Below are positions 28,898 through 39,152 of a stretch of 64,000 bases of DNA, one piece after another; within the stretch, counting starts at the first letter, position 1, and the number at the start of each line of letters is the position of its first letter. The stretch is from NCBI GenBank assembly GCA_032128875.1, contig JAVLKG010000005.1, positions 352,001 to 416,000 on the forward strand, in the 5' to 3' direction. The position numbers were made by a program, and so were the translations under genes. Below the pieces are notes generated by a model that was not told where the DNA came from, made no database searches, and worked only from the letters and a program-made list of their open reading frames with translations. This stretch comes from Candidatus Melainabacteria bacterium 17Bon1m. Lineage in GTDB: Bacteria > Cyanobacteriota > Vampirovibrionia > Obscuribacterales > Obscuribacteraceae.

Positions 28898-29518
28898 ATG
28901 TGCTGGCGCCCTCACCCACTGCTGCTCACATTTGCTCTAGGCGTCGCCGCTTCTTTTCAGATGGAAGCTGTCGCATTTAGGTATAAAACTCCGGAAAAAA
29001 CAGACTCTACTTTGGCCCGGGCAAAAACGCTTCTCGCTCACGAAGATATTGAAGAGGCTGCCAGAGAGTTTCGCAAACTGATCAAAAGCGAACCGCAAAA
29101 CTTCGAAGGCTATCTCGGAATTGCTGATTGTTCGTACCTCCAAAACGATTACCTGAAGGCTAGGGAGTCCGCCGACAAAGCTCTCAAGCTTAATCCCAAA
29201 TCCGCAGAGACTTTCAGAAGGCGCGGCAAAATCAATGAAAAGCTAAACCAGCTAGTTCCAGCTATCGAAGACTACACGCATGCAATTGCACTTTCGCCTA
29301 ACAATCATCTGTATTTGAGCGACAGGGCAGAAGTCTATAACAAGAAAGGCGAGTATTCAAAAGCAATTGCAGACTTAGACAAGTATTTGAAACTTGTGAA
29401 GAGCCCCAACCCGAGGACGTTTTATGCACGCTCGGCCCTCTATGCGAAACTGGGAAAGAAGGCTCAAGCGGATGCGGAAAGAAAGCGCGGCGACATGATT
29501 ATCGACAGGAATTATTGA
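28898..29518 (+). CDS. Exported tetratricopeptide-repeat protein
   Basis: Hydrophobic N-terminus followed by about five TPR helix pairs (e.g. AIEDYTHAIALSP). Confidence 0.8.
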   Translation: MCWRPHPLLLTFALGVAASFQMEAVAFRYKTPEKTDSTLARAKTLLAHEDIEEAAREFRKLIKSEPQNFEGYLGIADCSYLQNDYLKARESADKALKLNPKSAETFRRRGKINEKLNQLVPAIEDYTHAIALSPNNHLYLSDRAEVYNKKGEYSKAIADLDKYLKLVKSPNPRTFYARSALYAKLGKKAQADAERKRGDMIIDRNY

Positions 29519-30482
29519 TCCCTGCTCCGACTGGTTGCTTCTCACTTGTTTGGATTTGAGATTGCACAGCAGCGGACTTATCCGGTTTCGGGCCGATTGC
29601 AAAAGCGGGCTTTTTCCTTTTCACCTGCGCGATTTGAACACCGGCAATGGTCAGAACTATTCCGAGAATTTGCCACATTGATGCGGGTTCGTTCAATACA
29701 ACAACTGCGAGAATCAAGAGCAGGGGGCGTTGCAGAAGCGATATTATCGAGACTCGTGTAGAGCCGATAAGAGCCATCGCACTCAGGAATGCGATGTTTG
29801 CCAGAGCAGCAGCCGAGCCGGTAATCGCTCCCACTTTGACTGCTTCAAAGGTGAGGGCCGGAGTGAAGAACATCAGTGGAATGCAATACATTGCACACAG
29901 TGGAAATTGATAAGACGAGATGGTGAGCGGTTTCATCACGCTTGTTGCTGTTTCCATATTGACTCGATAGATGCTCGACGAAACTACTGCCGCAAGCACT
30001 GCGAGAATTCCCATGGGCGTGCCGGACAAAGTTTTCACTTCCAGCATCAGGACTACTCCAAGCAGGCAAAGTGCGAACCCGCCCCAAAACTTCGCAGTCA
30101 GCTTGTCTCGCCCGATGACCGAGTTAATGATTGCCACCAAAGCCGGTGTCGTTGTAACTAACGTCATTACCACCACTGCAGGTACGAGAGTCAGCGACAG
30201 CAAGATCAATCCGTTTGTGCAGAACAGAAGAAATGCGAGAAACATTAGTCGCGGCAGGTTGTTCCAGCCCACCCACTTAAAGGCACGAGTGAGCGGCAGA
30301 ACAATCAGCGCAGCGCAGACGTTCTTCAAAACAAAAACTTGCAGAGGCGTAACGCCCGCTGAATAGCCGAGTTTCACAAAGATAGGCTCTGCCGAAGCGG
30401 CGAAAATTGCCGCTGTCAGCCACAACGTGACGGCAGCTTCGCCTTTAAGAATTGAGGAATCGAACCATTTCACTCTGGTCAA
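29499..30482 (-). CDS. DMT/EamA-family transporter
   Basis: About ten TM helices in two repeats; ends LNEP...QILGIVLTIAGV. Exact start uncertain. Confidence 0.85.
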   Translation of the reverse strand: MTRVKWFDSSILKGEAAVTLWLTAAIFAASAEPIFVKLGYSAGVTPLQVFVLKNVCAALIVLPLTRAFKWVGWNNLPRLMFLAFLLFCTNGLILLSLTLVPAVVVMTLVTTTPALVAIINSVIGRDKLTAKFWGGFALCLLGVVLMLEVKTLSGTPMGILAVLAAVVSSSIYRVNMETATSVMKPLTISSYQFPLCAMYCIPLMFFTPALTFEAVKVGAITGSAAALANIAFLSAMALIGSTRVSIISLLQRPLLLILAVVVLNEPASMWQILGIVLTIAGVQIAQVKRKKPAFAIGPKPDKSAAVQSQIQTSEKQPVGAGINNSCR

Positions 30483-31710
30483 AATCTCCCAACCCGAGAC
30501 TTTCTAGCGTCCTGCCAGTTTTGCGGAAGTCCTCGCCGACGACGCATGTCGCAAGGCTAATCATCGAGCTCAGTATTGGAGTCTCTTTTCCTGCCAACCG
30601 TGCCAATTGTTCAAAAGGCACAAGACTGCAGGCAACGTCTTCATAGAAGAAGCGGTGATTTAGGGTTTTTGGAGACAGGCTATGTCTGTAATTCGGCACT
30701 GTTGTCATCGCCGAATAAAGGTCGCTCGCATCGCAACCGTAATAGCGATCGAGCAAGTCTTTCATTGGAATCAAATCGCATCCGTATGCTTTTGCAATGG
30801 TTCGAAACTCCTCTTCCATCTGCTCAAGAATAGCGACAGTGCGGGGCGTCATGCCCTGATAGTAGAAGAGAAATTCTTCGGCGCGGTCGATTGAGTGCAT
30901 GTTAGTCAATGCAATCGGCGCGTGCGCAAGCGCTCCAAAATCTGTTAGTCCTCTTTGAACTAGATTGGTAGCCGGTGTTAGACCCGGGAAGTAAGCATTA
31001 ATGATTGGTGCGCAGACTTCGGTTTGGGATTTCGTGACGGATGAAAAAAGCGTCCAGCGTTTGATGCCGCGTATCCAAACGCGCGAATCAGCAACTAGAC
31101 GGCATGCGAAAAGGGAGTCCGTTTCAACTATTTTCGGCAAATCGCTAAGACACTTCGCGAGCAATTGCAATTGAAACTCGCGAGCGCCTCCGAATTTTCC
31201 CGAAAAAAGAATTATCGTGTGCGAGCTGTTCAAGTAAGGTGCCAGGGTTTCCGCTACTTCTCGATAGGCGGTGGCGACGGTGGCTACAAAAATAGTTTTG
31301 CAATGCTTGGCGAAGTCGCGAGGGGCTGAATAAGCACCCTTGAGTTCAAACCTGCCCAGGATGCGATCTTCGGAATAAACGTGCCGAATGGAGTTGATGT
31401 GATCTGCTTTGATCGGGCTGCGGCTGTACATTCTTACATCGCAGCCAGCCGCTGAAAGATAGGATGCAAGCGCATGAGCGGAGTTGCCGGTACCCACGAT
31501 ACCGGTCGATAGAATAGATTTATCCGGATGAGCACGCAGTTCTGGAATCGCAATACCAGCAGCCGGCGATACGCAGGTCGTGCGGGTACTGAGCAACTCC
31601 GCAATTTGCCTTTGCGTTTCGGCGATTGTGGCCAAACGCGCTTCCAACGCGGAGACGTCGGATTGACTGCGGAGTTTTTGAGAAACTGCAAATGCTGAGA
31701 CGTCACCCAT
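30445..31710 (-). CDS. NAD(P)-dependent opine (octopine/nopaline family) dehydrogenase
   Basis: GIVGTGNSAHALA Rossmann motif, ETDSLFACR, HRFFYEDVACSLVP C-terminal motif. Confidence 0.85.
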   Translation of the reverse strand: MGDVSAFAVSQKLRSQSDVSALEARLATIAETQRQIAELLSTRTTCVSPAAGIAIPELRAHPDKSILSTGIVGTGNSAHALASYLSAAGCDVRMYSRSPIKADHINSIRHVYSEDRILGRFELKGAYSAPRDFAKHCKTIFVATVATAYREVAETLAPYLNSSHTIILFSGKFGGAREFQLQLLAKCLSDLPKIVETDSLFACRLVADSRVWIRGIKRWTLFSSVTKSQTEVCAPIINAYFPGLTPATNLVQRGLTDFGALAHAPIALTNMHSIDRAEEFLFYYQGMTPRTVAILEQMEEEFRTIAKAYGCDLIPMKDLLDRYYGCDASDLYSAMTTVPNYRHSLSPKTLNHRFFYEDVACSLVPFEQLARLAGKETPILSSMISLATCVVGEDFRKTGRTLESLGLGDFDQSEMVRFLNS

Positions 31711-31912
31711 AAGACGCACCTCAGTTTATAAAGCTTACCGCCAGCTAATCCAGTATATGTGACGCCTCTCACCATTGGTAATTAAATTCGAGGGTTAGCC
31801 ACTTCGATGACAAGCTGTCGCACATTCTTGTGCCGAAAGGTTTTTCGGAAATTGTGACGGGCGCCGATTCCCCGTCCATCGCATTCGCGCACTTGCTGAT
31901 TATTAGTCTTGC

Positions 31913-33733
31913 TTAAGCTTGGTTGGTCGGTATGACGACAATAAATTTACTGCCCTGACCAAGGACGCTGTCGACTGTAATCGTTCCTTTATGCGCATCG
32001 CAAATCAGTTTGCAAATCGCCAAGCCCAGTCCTGTTCCTTCTCCTTTGCTCACTGCTTCGGGAGTCTGCTCGAAGGCTTCGAAAATCCGCTTCTTATGCT
32101 CATCGGCAATGCCTGGACCATTATCGGTAACGGAAATTTCGACGCTTTCCTTGTCTTGCTTCCAGGCGACCGCAATGTGACCTTCTTTGGGCGTGTAGTT
32201 AATTGCATTCGCAAGCAGATTTGTCAAAAGTTGAACGAGTTTTTTCGGGTCGCACCACAAAATTATTTCGTCGCCCGTCGATTCGATTTCAATATTTTTG
32301 GCTTGCAATGCTGGTTTTACAAGATCAATGGCAGATTGAACCATGCTCTCAATGCTGGCATTGTCGTGTTCGAGCTGCAGTGCTCCGTGTTTCAACTTTT
32401 GGAAGTCGAGCAAATCATTGACGAAATCCAGCAGTCTGTCGAGGTTTCGACTCGCGCCTCTAACCTCTTTCAGTGCCTCTTCGCTCAGCGGTCCATAGAC
32501 CTCTTGCCCGATCATGTCTAGAGATACTTGCATTGATGAAAGTGGGCTGCGCAGGTCATGGCTGACCATGTCTACAAAATCCTGCTTCAATTTCTCCAGT
32601 ATTTTTTCTTGTTCGATGTTATGCACGACTGCGAAAAGTTCTTCTGTCTCCCGCGAAAAGAGGCATGACCAGCGCGTATGCACCGGGGTTTCTGCGTTCT
32701 TACCCTGGACTCGCAATTCAAATGACTTGCTCTCTTCGTCGCTTATTGCGCTTTTAAAACTCGCTTCTGCCGCGTTTCGTTCTTCAGATTCGACAAAATC
32801 GAGAAACGATTTGCCCACGATCGTCTGCGGTGCTTCGTTGAAAAACTGCATGGTGGAAGCATTGGCGCGCAAGAACTTTCCGTCTTTACTGAGCGCGCAG
32901 ATCAAGTCGTTGGTGTTCTCGACCATCGATTTTTCGCGCTCTTGCTCTTCAACCGTTGCTGCTCTTATGCCGTGCAATATCGAATCGATATTAGAAAATT
33001 CGCTGCCGTCAGCGAGCACAGGCAATAACTCTTCCTGTCTGGAGATGCGCAGGCAGTTGGCGCCTAAGTGCTTTAGTGGAATCAGGATATCTCTTATATA
33101 AAATGCAGCCATCACAAAAGCCGCCGCAATTGTCAACCCAATTGCACCAGTCAAAAACATATTCAAGGTTTGAAACTGAGTATTTGTCGCTTCCTCGCTG
33201 CCCTGCCGTTTGGCTTCTTCGTATTGAACGACGCTGTCGGCTGCATTGAGCAGACGATTGCAAGCATAGATGAGCGCTATTTCAAAATTTTCGTGCACGT
33301 GTTTCCAATACTTCCAACCCCTTTGCTGGTTGTCTCGCAGCTCGTTAAGGCGCAGAAGCGTTTCCTGTCCCGCATTCACTAAGTAGGAGATTTTTTTGCG
33401 CTGCACCTCGTCCTGCTCCTCCCGAGAGCTGATTTGCTCCAATTTGTCATTGATGACGGCGAACATTCTTTTGTCGCCGGTCACTGTTGCGAGCCTGCTG
33501 TGAGCCGACGGGAAGAAGTACTGAGGTTGATGACTTATGTAGCCCAGGTTGATCGATGACGAAATCAATGAAATGGTTTTGGTGATCAACTCGCAAGAGC
33601 GAGATTGTTTCACAATGTTGGATTGAATGCTCCAGAGTTGTGCCGTGAGAAAAACGACGAAGACGATTTGGCAGGCGAGCGGAAACAGCACCAGCAAAAA
33701 CCCTCTTTCTTCGATACTGAGCTTTTTCATCAA
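31913..33733 (-). CDS. Membrane PAS-domain sensor histidine kinase
   Basis: Two TM helices, PAS, SHDLRSPL H-box, NLLANA, GTGLGLAI. Confidence 0.92.
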   Translation of the reverse strand: MMKKLSIEERGFLLVLFPLACQIVFVVFLTAQLWSIQSNIVKQSRSCELITKTISLISSSINLGYISHQPQYFFPSAHSRLATVTGDKRMFAVINDKLEQISSREEQDEVQRKKISYLVNAGQETLLRLNELRDNQQRGWKYWKHVHENFEIALIYACNRLLNAADSVVQYEEAKRQGSEEATNTQFQTLNMFLTGAIGLTIAAAFVMAAFYIRDILIPLKHLGANCLRISRQEELLPVLADGSEFSNIDSILHGIRAATVEEQEREKSMVENTNDLICALSKDGKFLRANASTMQFFNEAPQTIVGKSFLDFVESEERNAAEASFKSAISDEESKSFELRVQGKNAETPVHTRWSCLFSRETEELFAVVHNIEQEKILEKLKQDFVDMVSHDLRSPLSSMQVSLDMIGQEVYGPLSEEALKEVRGASRNLDRLLDFVNDLLDFQKLKHGALQLEHDNASIESMVQSAIDLVKPALQAKNIEIESTGDEIILWCDPKKLVQLLTNLLANAINYTPKEGHIAVAWKQDKESVEISVTDNGPGIADEHKKRIFEAFEQTPEAVSKGEGTGLGLAICKLICDAHKGTITVDSVLGQGSKFIVVIPTNQA

Positions 33734-35553
33734 GCTTCACTCTCCGGCGAGCTTGATAGTCTGGGTATTCTCAAGAAAAAGATGCTGCCGCCTGGAGGAG
33801 AGTCTACGACCCCTGCGGACCCGTTGTGTGCTTCGGCAACGGCTTTCACGATGGCCAAGCCAATGCCGCTGCTCTTTCCTTTGATATTTGATTTTACTGC
33901 GGTCTGTTTGAATTTGTCGAAAACATGCGGTTTGTCTTTCTCCGGTACGCCTGGGCCCTGATCGATGACCTGAAGTTCTGCCATGTCATCGCTCAGCTTT
34001 ACTTCGAGGCGCACTGTCGAGCCCCTAGGCGAAAATTTTATCGCGTTAGACACCAGGTTGGTCAAAGCTTGCGTCAGGCGCAACTCGTCTGCCCAGAGCG
34101 AGCAATCGGTGTCCGCTACAACAAGGCTGATTCCGGCTGAGTCGGCAAGACCGACCAGCACATCACGCACTCTAGTAAAAATATCACGCGCACTGACTAT
34201 CGAAGAATTGAGCGACATTTTTCCGGCTTCTAATTTGTTCAAGTCTAGAAGTTCATTGACCAGCACGGTGAGAGTGGAGAGACTGCCTTCTGCTCGTTCA
34301 AGCACGGCTGACGCCTTTTCCGGCATCTCACCACGTTTTCCTTGCGACAATAAATTGAATGAAATGCCAATTGATGTAATTGGTGCGCGCAAGTCATGGC
34401 TGACAATCGAAAGAAACTTTTCTTTCAGCCGCTCAACTGCACGAAGTTCCGTGACGTCGTGAACCGTGCAGAAATAACGCTTTTCCTCTCTTGACCAGCG
34501 AACACTCCATTGAAAATCTGCAACTGAATCATCCGACAATTCAATTCTGGTTTCGAATTCTCCGCTTCCTTCTTTCGCGATTTTCTTCAGTGCTTCGATG
34601 GTTGGCTCGATCGAGTCTTCCTTTAGAATCGTTGCTAGCGGTGCTCCAATCAAATCTCGCTCTGATTTGTGCCAGCGCTTTTCGGCGACCGCGCTCACGC
34701 CGACAAACTTGTATTTTGCATCGAGCGAACAAATAACGTCCGCCGCATTGTGCAAAATGGCTTGCTCTCTCAATCTTGCCTGGCGATGCTGTTCTGCGGC
34801 TTTGTGCAGGGTCTTATCGAGCTGTGCAATTTCATCGTTGCCAGGTTGTACTGCACCAAGATCTTTGCCCTGAAAGACATTTTGCGCTTCGTTGGAAATT
34901 GTTTTCAATCTGCTGGTGATGTCTCGCGAAAACGCCTTCATCAGAAGGAATGACAGCAGGCAGCCGACTGCTGTTCCTATAGTAAGTATTGAGAGCATGC
35001 GGGTTTGAATTGCCGACAACTCTGCCGGAATGCGCGTTTCGAATTGCTTTTCGACCCTGTCGATCTTGTGCATGAAGCGACGATTTTCCGAGAAAGCATT
35101 GACCATAAGAAATGGATTCAGGTGCTGATTACGGCGTCCGGATGGAATTGTAGGGTCGAGTATGACTTCTTTTGCTAGTTTGAATCCTTCCGTCAGAACG
35201 GTCAGTATTTTGTCGAATTGATTGCATACATCGCTAACTTCGGGCGAAACGGAAGTGAGATGTGCAATGCGCTCTTGCATGTCCTTTGCTCGCCCAGTCT
35301 CCATGTCAATCATCTGAAGTGTGCGCGGATCATCCTTTGGTCCTGGGGTGAATATGCGGATCATTGTGCGCATAAGGGACACGTTGATCTGGTTGAGTTG
35401 AACGATCATTGAGCGTTCTTTGAGGATTGTCTGCAATCCTGTCTGTGCTCTGTTCAACTCTGTCGATAAGAGAAAGACGAAAAAGAGCTCGAAAATTACT
35501 GGTAGTAAAACCAGCAGAACTCCCTTTTGTGTGACTGTAAGTCGGTTTAGCAA
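33730..35553 (-). CDS. Membrane PAS-domain sensor histidine kinase (paralog of the adjacent one)
   Basis: Same architecture; SHDLRAPI, NLVSNAIKFSP. 4-bp overlap with the downstream paralog. Confidence 0.92.
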   Translation of the reverse strand: MLNRLTVTQKGVLLVLLPVIFELFFVFLLSTELNRAQTGLQTILKERSMIVQLNQINVSLMRTMIRIFTPGPKDDPRTLQMIDMETGRAKDMQERIAHLTSVSPEVSDVCNQFDKILTVLTEGFKLAKEVILDPTIPSGRRNQHLNPFLMVNAFSENRRFMHKIDRVEKQFETRIPAELSAIQTRMLSILTIGTAVGCLLSFLLMKAFSRDITSRLKTISNEAQNVFQGKDLGAVQPGNDEIAQLDKTLHKAAEQHRQARLREQAILHNAADVICSLDAKYKFVGVSAVAEKRWHKSERDLIGAPLATILKEDSIEPTIEALKKIAKEGSGEFETRIELSDDSVADFQWSVRWSREEKRYFCTVHDVTELRAVERLKEKFLSIVSHDLRAPITSIGISFNLLSQGKRGEMPEKASAVLERAEGSLSTLTVLVNELLDLNKLEAGKMSLNSSIVSARDIFTRVRDVLVGLADSAGISLVVADTDCSLWADELRLTQALTNLVSNAIKFSPRGSTVRLEVKLSDDMAELQVIDQGPGVPEKDKPHVFDKFKQTAVKSNIKGKSSGIGLAIVKAVAEAHNGSAGVVDSPPGGSIFFLRIPRLSSSPESEA

Positions 35554-35676
35554 GTGAATTAGAAGAAGGTTCGGACCGCGACGTCAATTTTAGTCGGATC
35601 GGCCTTATATAAGTACCGCCCTGAACAAACAGGTTCAGCTTTTCGCGAACAGACTCAATAAGATGTATATCCTTAT

Positions 35677-35691
35677 TGAAAATGATTGTCA
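35677..35691. promoter_or_regulatory. Fur-box-like 7-1-7 inverted repeat
   Basis: TGAAAATGATTGTCA vs consensus TGATAATnATTATCA (2 mismatches). Confidence 0.6.
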
Positions 35692-35803
35692 TATTTTATT
35701 GCCTGTCTTTGCAAATTTTTCTGGCGTCTGTGGCGATTTGAAGTTTTTTTTGAAATTTGCCCTTCTTTTTTGAAACTTTAAGTGGACAGGATTTGCAAAA
35801 TAG

Positions 35804-35820
35804 TTGAGAATAAGTCTCAA
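35804..35820. promoter_or_regulatory. Second Fur-box-like inverted repeat upstream of flavodoxin
   Basis: TTGAGAATAAGTCTCAA, with TTGAGA/TCTCAA arms. Confidence 0.6.
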
Positions 35821-35939
35821 CAAATTCGAACTCAGTTCCGGCAGTATTTTGCTCTGTCGGGATGGTTCTTGCGCTTTGTGGGTGAATGACATCGCGTGCG
35901 CTTTCGCGTGCTTATGCGGCCGCGCTCAAGGAGACAAAA

Positions 35940-36461
35940 ATGGGAAAACTTTTCTACGGAACGCAGACTGGCACCACAGAAGGTGTTGCTGATGTAATTA
36001 AAAAGCACTTGCCAAACTTAGTATCTGAAATCAAATGCATCCAGTTTGCCAAGAAAGAAGAACTCGAAGCCTGCGACTTCTTGGTTTTGGGCGGTTCTAC
36101 CTGGGGCGACGGTGAACTCACCGACGATTGGCTGGACTTCTTTCCTCAAATGGATCTGATCGATTTCACTGGAAAGAAGGTTGCTCTCTTTTCTTTAGGC
36201 GATCAAGTCGGCTATTCCTACAACTTCGTTAGCGCTATGAAGTTGCTCTATGACAAGGTTATTGAGCGCGGCGGCGAAGTCGTTGCATCTAGAATTTCCA
36301 GAGAAGGATTTGAATTCGACCACTCCGAGTCGATCGTGGACGGGCATTTTGTCGGACTGGTAACTGACGAAGTCAACGAACCTGAATTGACCGAACAGCG
36401 TGTGAGCATTTGGGCTCAAGCGGTTCTTGCTGCCGTCGGTGGCACAGCGGTGGCGGTTTAG
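35940..36461 (+). CDS. fldA: Long-chain flavodoxin
   Basis: FYGTQTGTTE, STWGDGE, FSLGDQ, FVGL.DE.N motifs. ATG at 35940 after an AAGGAG RBS. Confidence 0.93.
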   Translation: MGKLFYGTQTGTTEGVADVIKKHLPNLVSEIKCIQFAKKEELEACDFLVLGGSTWGDGELTDDWLDFFPQMDLIDFTGKKVALFSLGDQVGYSYNFVSAMKLLYDKVIERGGEVVASRISREGFEFDHSESIVDGHFVGLVTDEVNEPELTEQRVSIWAQAVLAAVGGTAVAV

Positions 36462-36496
36462 TCGTCTTTTCGGGCGTGTCGATTAGGAGGTGCTTC

Positions 36497-36646
36497 ATGA
36501 ACGCAACGATCACTTTCGCCACTCGCACTCGCCCAAACAAAGCGGCGCAGCATAAAAAACCCCGGAATGCGCGCCGCTCAATTTTCTCTTTGATCGAGAA
36601 CTCGATTCTCAACTGGCTTATGTCCTACCCGATTGAGATCATTTAG
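36497..36646 (+). CDS. Small 49-aa basic protein
   Basis: Strong AGGAGG RBS 6 nt before ATG, directly after flavodoxin. Confidence 0.5.
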   Translation: MNATITFATRTRPNKAAQHKKPRNARRSIFSLIENSILNWLMSYPIEII

Positions 36647-37009
36647 ATGAAAGAAACATCCAGTCACCGCCAGTGGTTGCACACTCGATTTCCCGTTAGT
36701 CCGGTTGGACCTGCTTCCGACCTTACTAGACAGCAGTCGCACAACAATTTGCGCGGGCGGCGAGTCTGGTCGAAGACGCCATTCATAGATTGGGGAAATG
36801 CGCTTACGACAAGCGTTATTGTTCCCAGCGAAGTAGGCGGGACTGTCGTTTTTCACGGCTCTGACGATATCTTCGTCGTTCGCTGGGATAACGGTCGTGT
36901 AGCCATGCACAGAAAAGATGATTTGCTCAGAGCGGCAGTGCTAATTGGTGCGCATGAGAGTTTGAAGAGTTATCTCAATGGCATGAGGCAGCACGCATGC
37001 ACGCCTTAG
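36647..37009 (+). CDS. Hypothetical protein, possibly an SH3-like beta-barrel
   Basis: Abuts the preceding stop codon; GTVV...FVVRWDNG motif. Confidence 0.45.
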   Translation: MKETSSHRQWLHTRFPVSPVGPASDLTRQQSHNNLRGRRVWSKTPFIDWGNALTTSVIVPSEVGGTVVFHGSDDIFVVRWDNGRVAMHRKDDLLRAAVLIGAHESLKSYLNGMRQHACTP

Positions 37010-37370
37010 CCAGCGTCAGACCGGCGGAAGCCGGCTTTACAGCTTGGTTGGAAGGGTTTCCCAACTCTTCCATCTTGCGCTTGAAGGCGATCAACACAAG
37101 CACTTCGTCCAGTCGGCATATAATTTTGGCGCTGGCCTATGGATTGACAGATTTCAGGATAGCCAAATTGAACGGGCTTATCACCGGCCTTATGCTCCGG
37201 CGCATGCAGGCCGAGCGACGGGGAGATAAAGCCAGGATAGAACGTATAGAAAAGGTTCTCCACTCACTGCACCTGGCAATTGATAAAGTGACCGGCTTCG
37301 AGGCGTCTAAAGTCCACGGTGACGGTCAAGTCTGCCGAGCCGTAACCAAGTCTAAGAAAGCCTCATCGCG

Positions 37371-39152
37371 TTACTGAAGCACTGTTCCGATTGACTGTTC
37401 TAAGTCAGTGAATGCCTGCTGGTATGAATTAACCGCGTCCAAATACTGATTGCGAATTTGAATATTCGCTTGTTGCGTCAAAAGAGTTGAAGTAATGTCG
37501 GACTGACCAACTTCATAACTGCGTCTTGCCAGTCGAGCCACTTCATTCGAGTCGTTGAGCAGTTTTTGCTGATACGTCAAAATCCGTTGTCTGGCAGCCA
37601 GCACTCTTTGGTATGCGGCAGAAACTTCCTGTTGAATGACGTTTTCTTGCGATGTTACCTGCGAGTTCAATGCACGGATTGTCGCTCTATATTTGCTGAT
37701 GTCGCCCTGATTCAAATCGAATATCGGCAATGGTTGGAAGACCTGGATAAAGTAACCATGGAAAACGTTTTTCGGCAGTGGCTTGTCCGGGTCTAATTGG
37801 GACGGATTAAGAGGCGGACCGTTGACCACGGAACTACCAACACCAAGAGTAGGGTTTGGCAGTATTTCTCCGTATGCAACTTTCAGTTGCGCTTTGGCAG
37901 CAGCAATTGCTCTTTCCAAGACCTTCAGCTCAAGCCTGTTTTGCTTGGCTGCTGCAAGCAGGACATCCAACTTCGGCATCTCTTTATTGAAGTCTGGCAG
38001 CAAGTCTATGATTTCGGCACGCAGCTTAAACGGCTGCAGGCGCGGAACCTCAACTTGCGTGTCGACGTTTCGGCCCAGCAAAATCGCCAGTGCTTGCCTC
38101 GCTTGCACGACTCTTCTGGCACCCACATCGCGCTCGATACCGTTTTGACCATTCAAAAGGCGAGCTTTGAGAACGTCCAACTCCGGAACGTCACCAGCTT
38201 GGAAGCGTTTTGCCGCAACCTCGTAAAGCCTGGCGCTAAGGTCATACAAGTCGACAAGAGTTTCATATGTCTCTTGCGCAACAACCAGCTCCGTATAAGC
38301 TTTTCTGATATCACCGCGAAGCTGCCAGAGCGCATTGCGAATTTCAAAATCAGTTTGTTTGATCTGTTTTTTCGCAGCCAAGATTCTAAAGACCAGCTTC
38401 CATGGCGGCTCGATTGGAATCGTTACGCCATAGCGGTATGTGAATTCAGCTTTGTAACCGCTGTCCATAAAGATTGTCGGATTCGGCAATTCTGTGGCGC
38501 GAATCAGTTCTGACTTCGTGATTCCCAAATTGAAACGCACGGCTGCTGCTCGCGGGCTATTGATGAGCGTTTCGTTCATCGCTTGCCCAATGGTCATCGA
38601 GTCACCCATCGGTCCGCGCAGGTTAAGTGCGTCCTGCGGAGTCACTGATGGAGGAGTATGTGCGCCCTGCTCCGGGATGCCGGATGGATTACTTTCCCCG
38701 CGCGATGCTGGGTCGATCGGGGACGTCACCGGGGTATTGCTCAATGGAGTCGTGGGCGTGGGTTTAGGCGTAAATCGTTCCTTCGGATCGACTGTGCTGC
38801 CTGGTCCACCTGGACCCTCCACGCCCTCTGAGGGCACCTTGGTGCCTTCGCCCGGGATGCCAATCGGCAGATTAAGCGACGGCTGCGTGGGAGCCTCGAC
38901 TGGTTTTATAACTTGTGGGGAGGCGGACGGCAGGATTACTGGAGGCGCGTCCGAATAACTTGGTGTGGAAGCTCTCTTTGCCGCAGCGATTTTTAAGCGC
39001 GACCGCAGGCTTAGCGGTTGCCTGAAATTGGGGCTAAAAGTCTTGTCGGAACTTGTGTCGCCAGCTATTGCCGCTTCCGGGATGGAAGCAGCGAAAAGGT
39101 TTAGGACTAAGAATCCAACAAAGCGTTGTCTGGTAAAGGGGCTCATTATCAA
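37371..39152 (-). CDS. TolC/CzcC-family outer-membrane efflux protein with Pro-rich N-terminal extension
   Basis: Signal-like N-terminus; two OEP repeats (LPNPT; RFQAGDVPELDVLKA; SYEVGQSDITSTL). Confidence 0.92.
   Translation of the reverse strand: MIMSPFTRQRFVGFLVLNLFAASIPEAAIAGDTSSDKTFSPNFRQPLSLRSRLKIAAAKRASTPSYSDAPPVILPSASPQVIKPVEAPTQPSLNLPIGIPGEGTKVPSEGVEGPGGPGSTVDPKERFTPKPTPTTPLSNTPVTSPIDPASRGESNPSGIPEQGAHTPPSVTPQDALNLRGPMGDSMTIGQAMNETLINSPRAAAVRFNLGITKSELIRATELPNPTIFMDSGYKAEFTYRYGVTIPIEPPWKLVFRILAAKKQIKQTDFEIRNALWQLRGDIRKAYTELVVAQETYETLVDLYDLSARLYEVAAKRFQAGDVPELDVLKARLLNGQNGIERDVGARRVVQARQALAILLGRNVDTQVEVPRLQPFKLRAEIIDLLPDFNKEMPKLDVLLAAAKQNRLELKVLERAIAAAKAQLKVAYGEILPNPTLGVGSSVVNGPPLNPSQLDPDKPLPKNVFHGYFIQVFQPLPIFDLNQGDISKYRATIRALNSQVTSQENVIQQEVSAAYQRVLAARQRILTYQQKLLNDSNEVARLARRSYEVGQSDITSTLLTQQANIQIRNQYLDAVNSYQQAFTDLEQSIGTVLQ

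Noticed and set aside
36997-37377. 126-aa plus-strand ORF before the tolC stop
   Set aside because: No clear RBS or recognisable motif; it may be real in a shorter form but cannot be supported.
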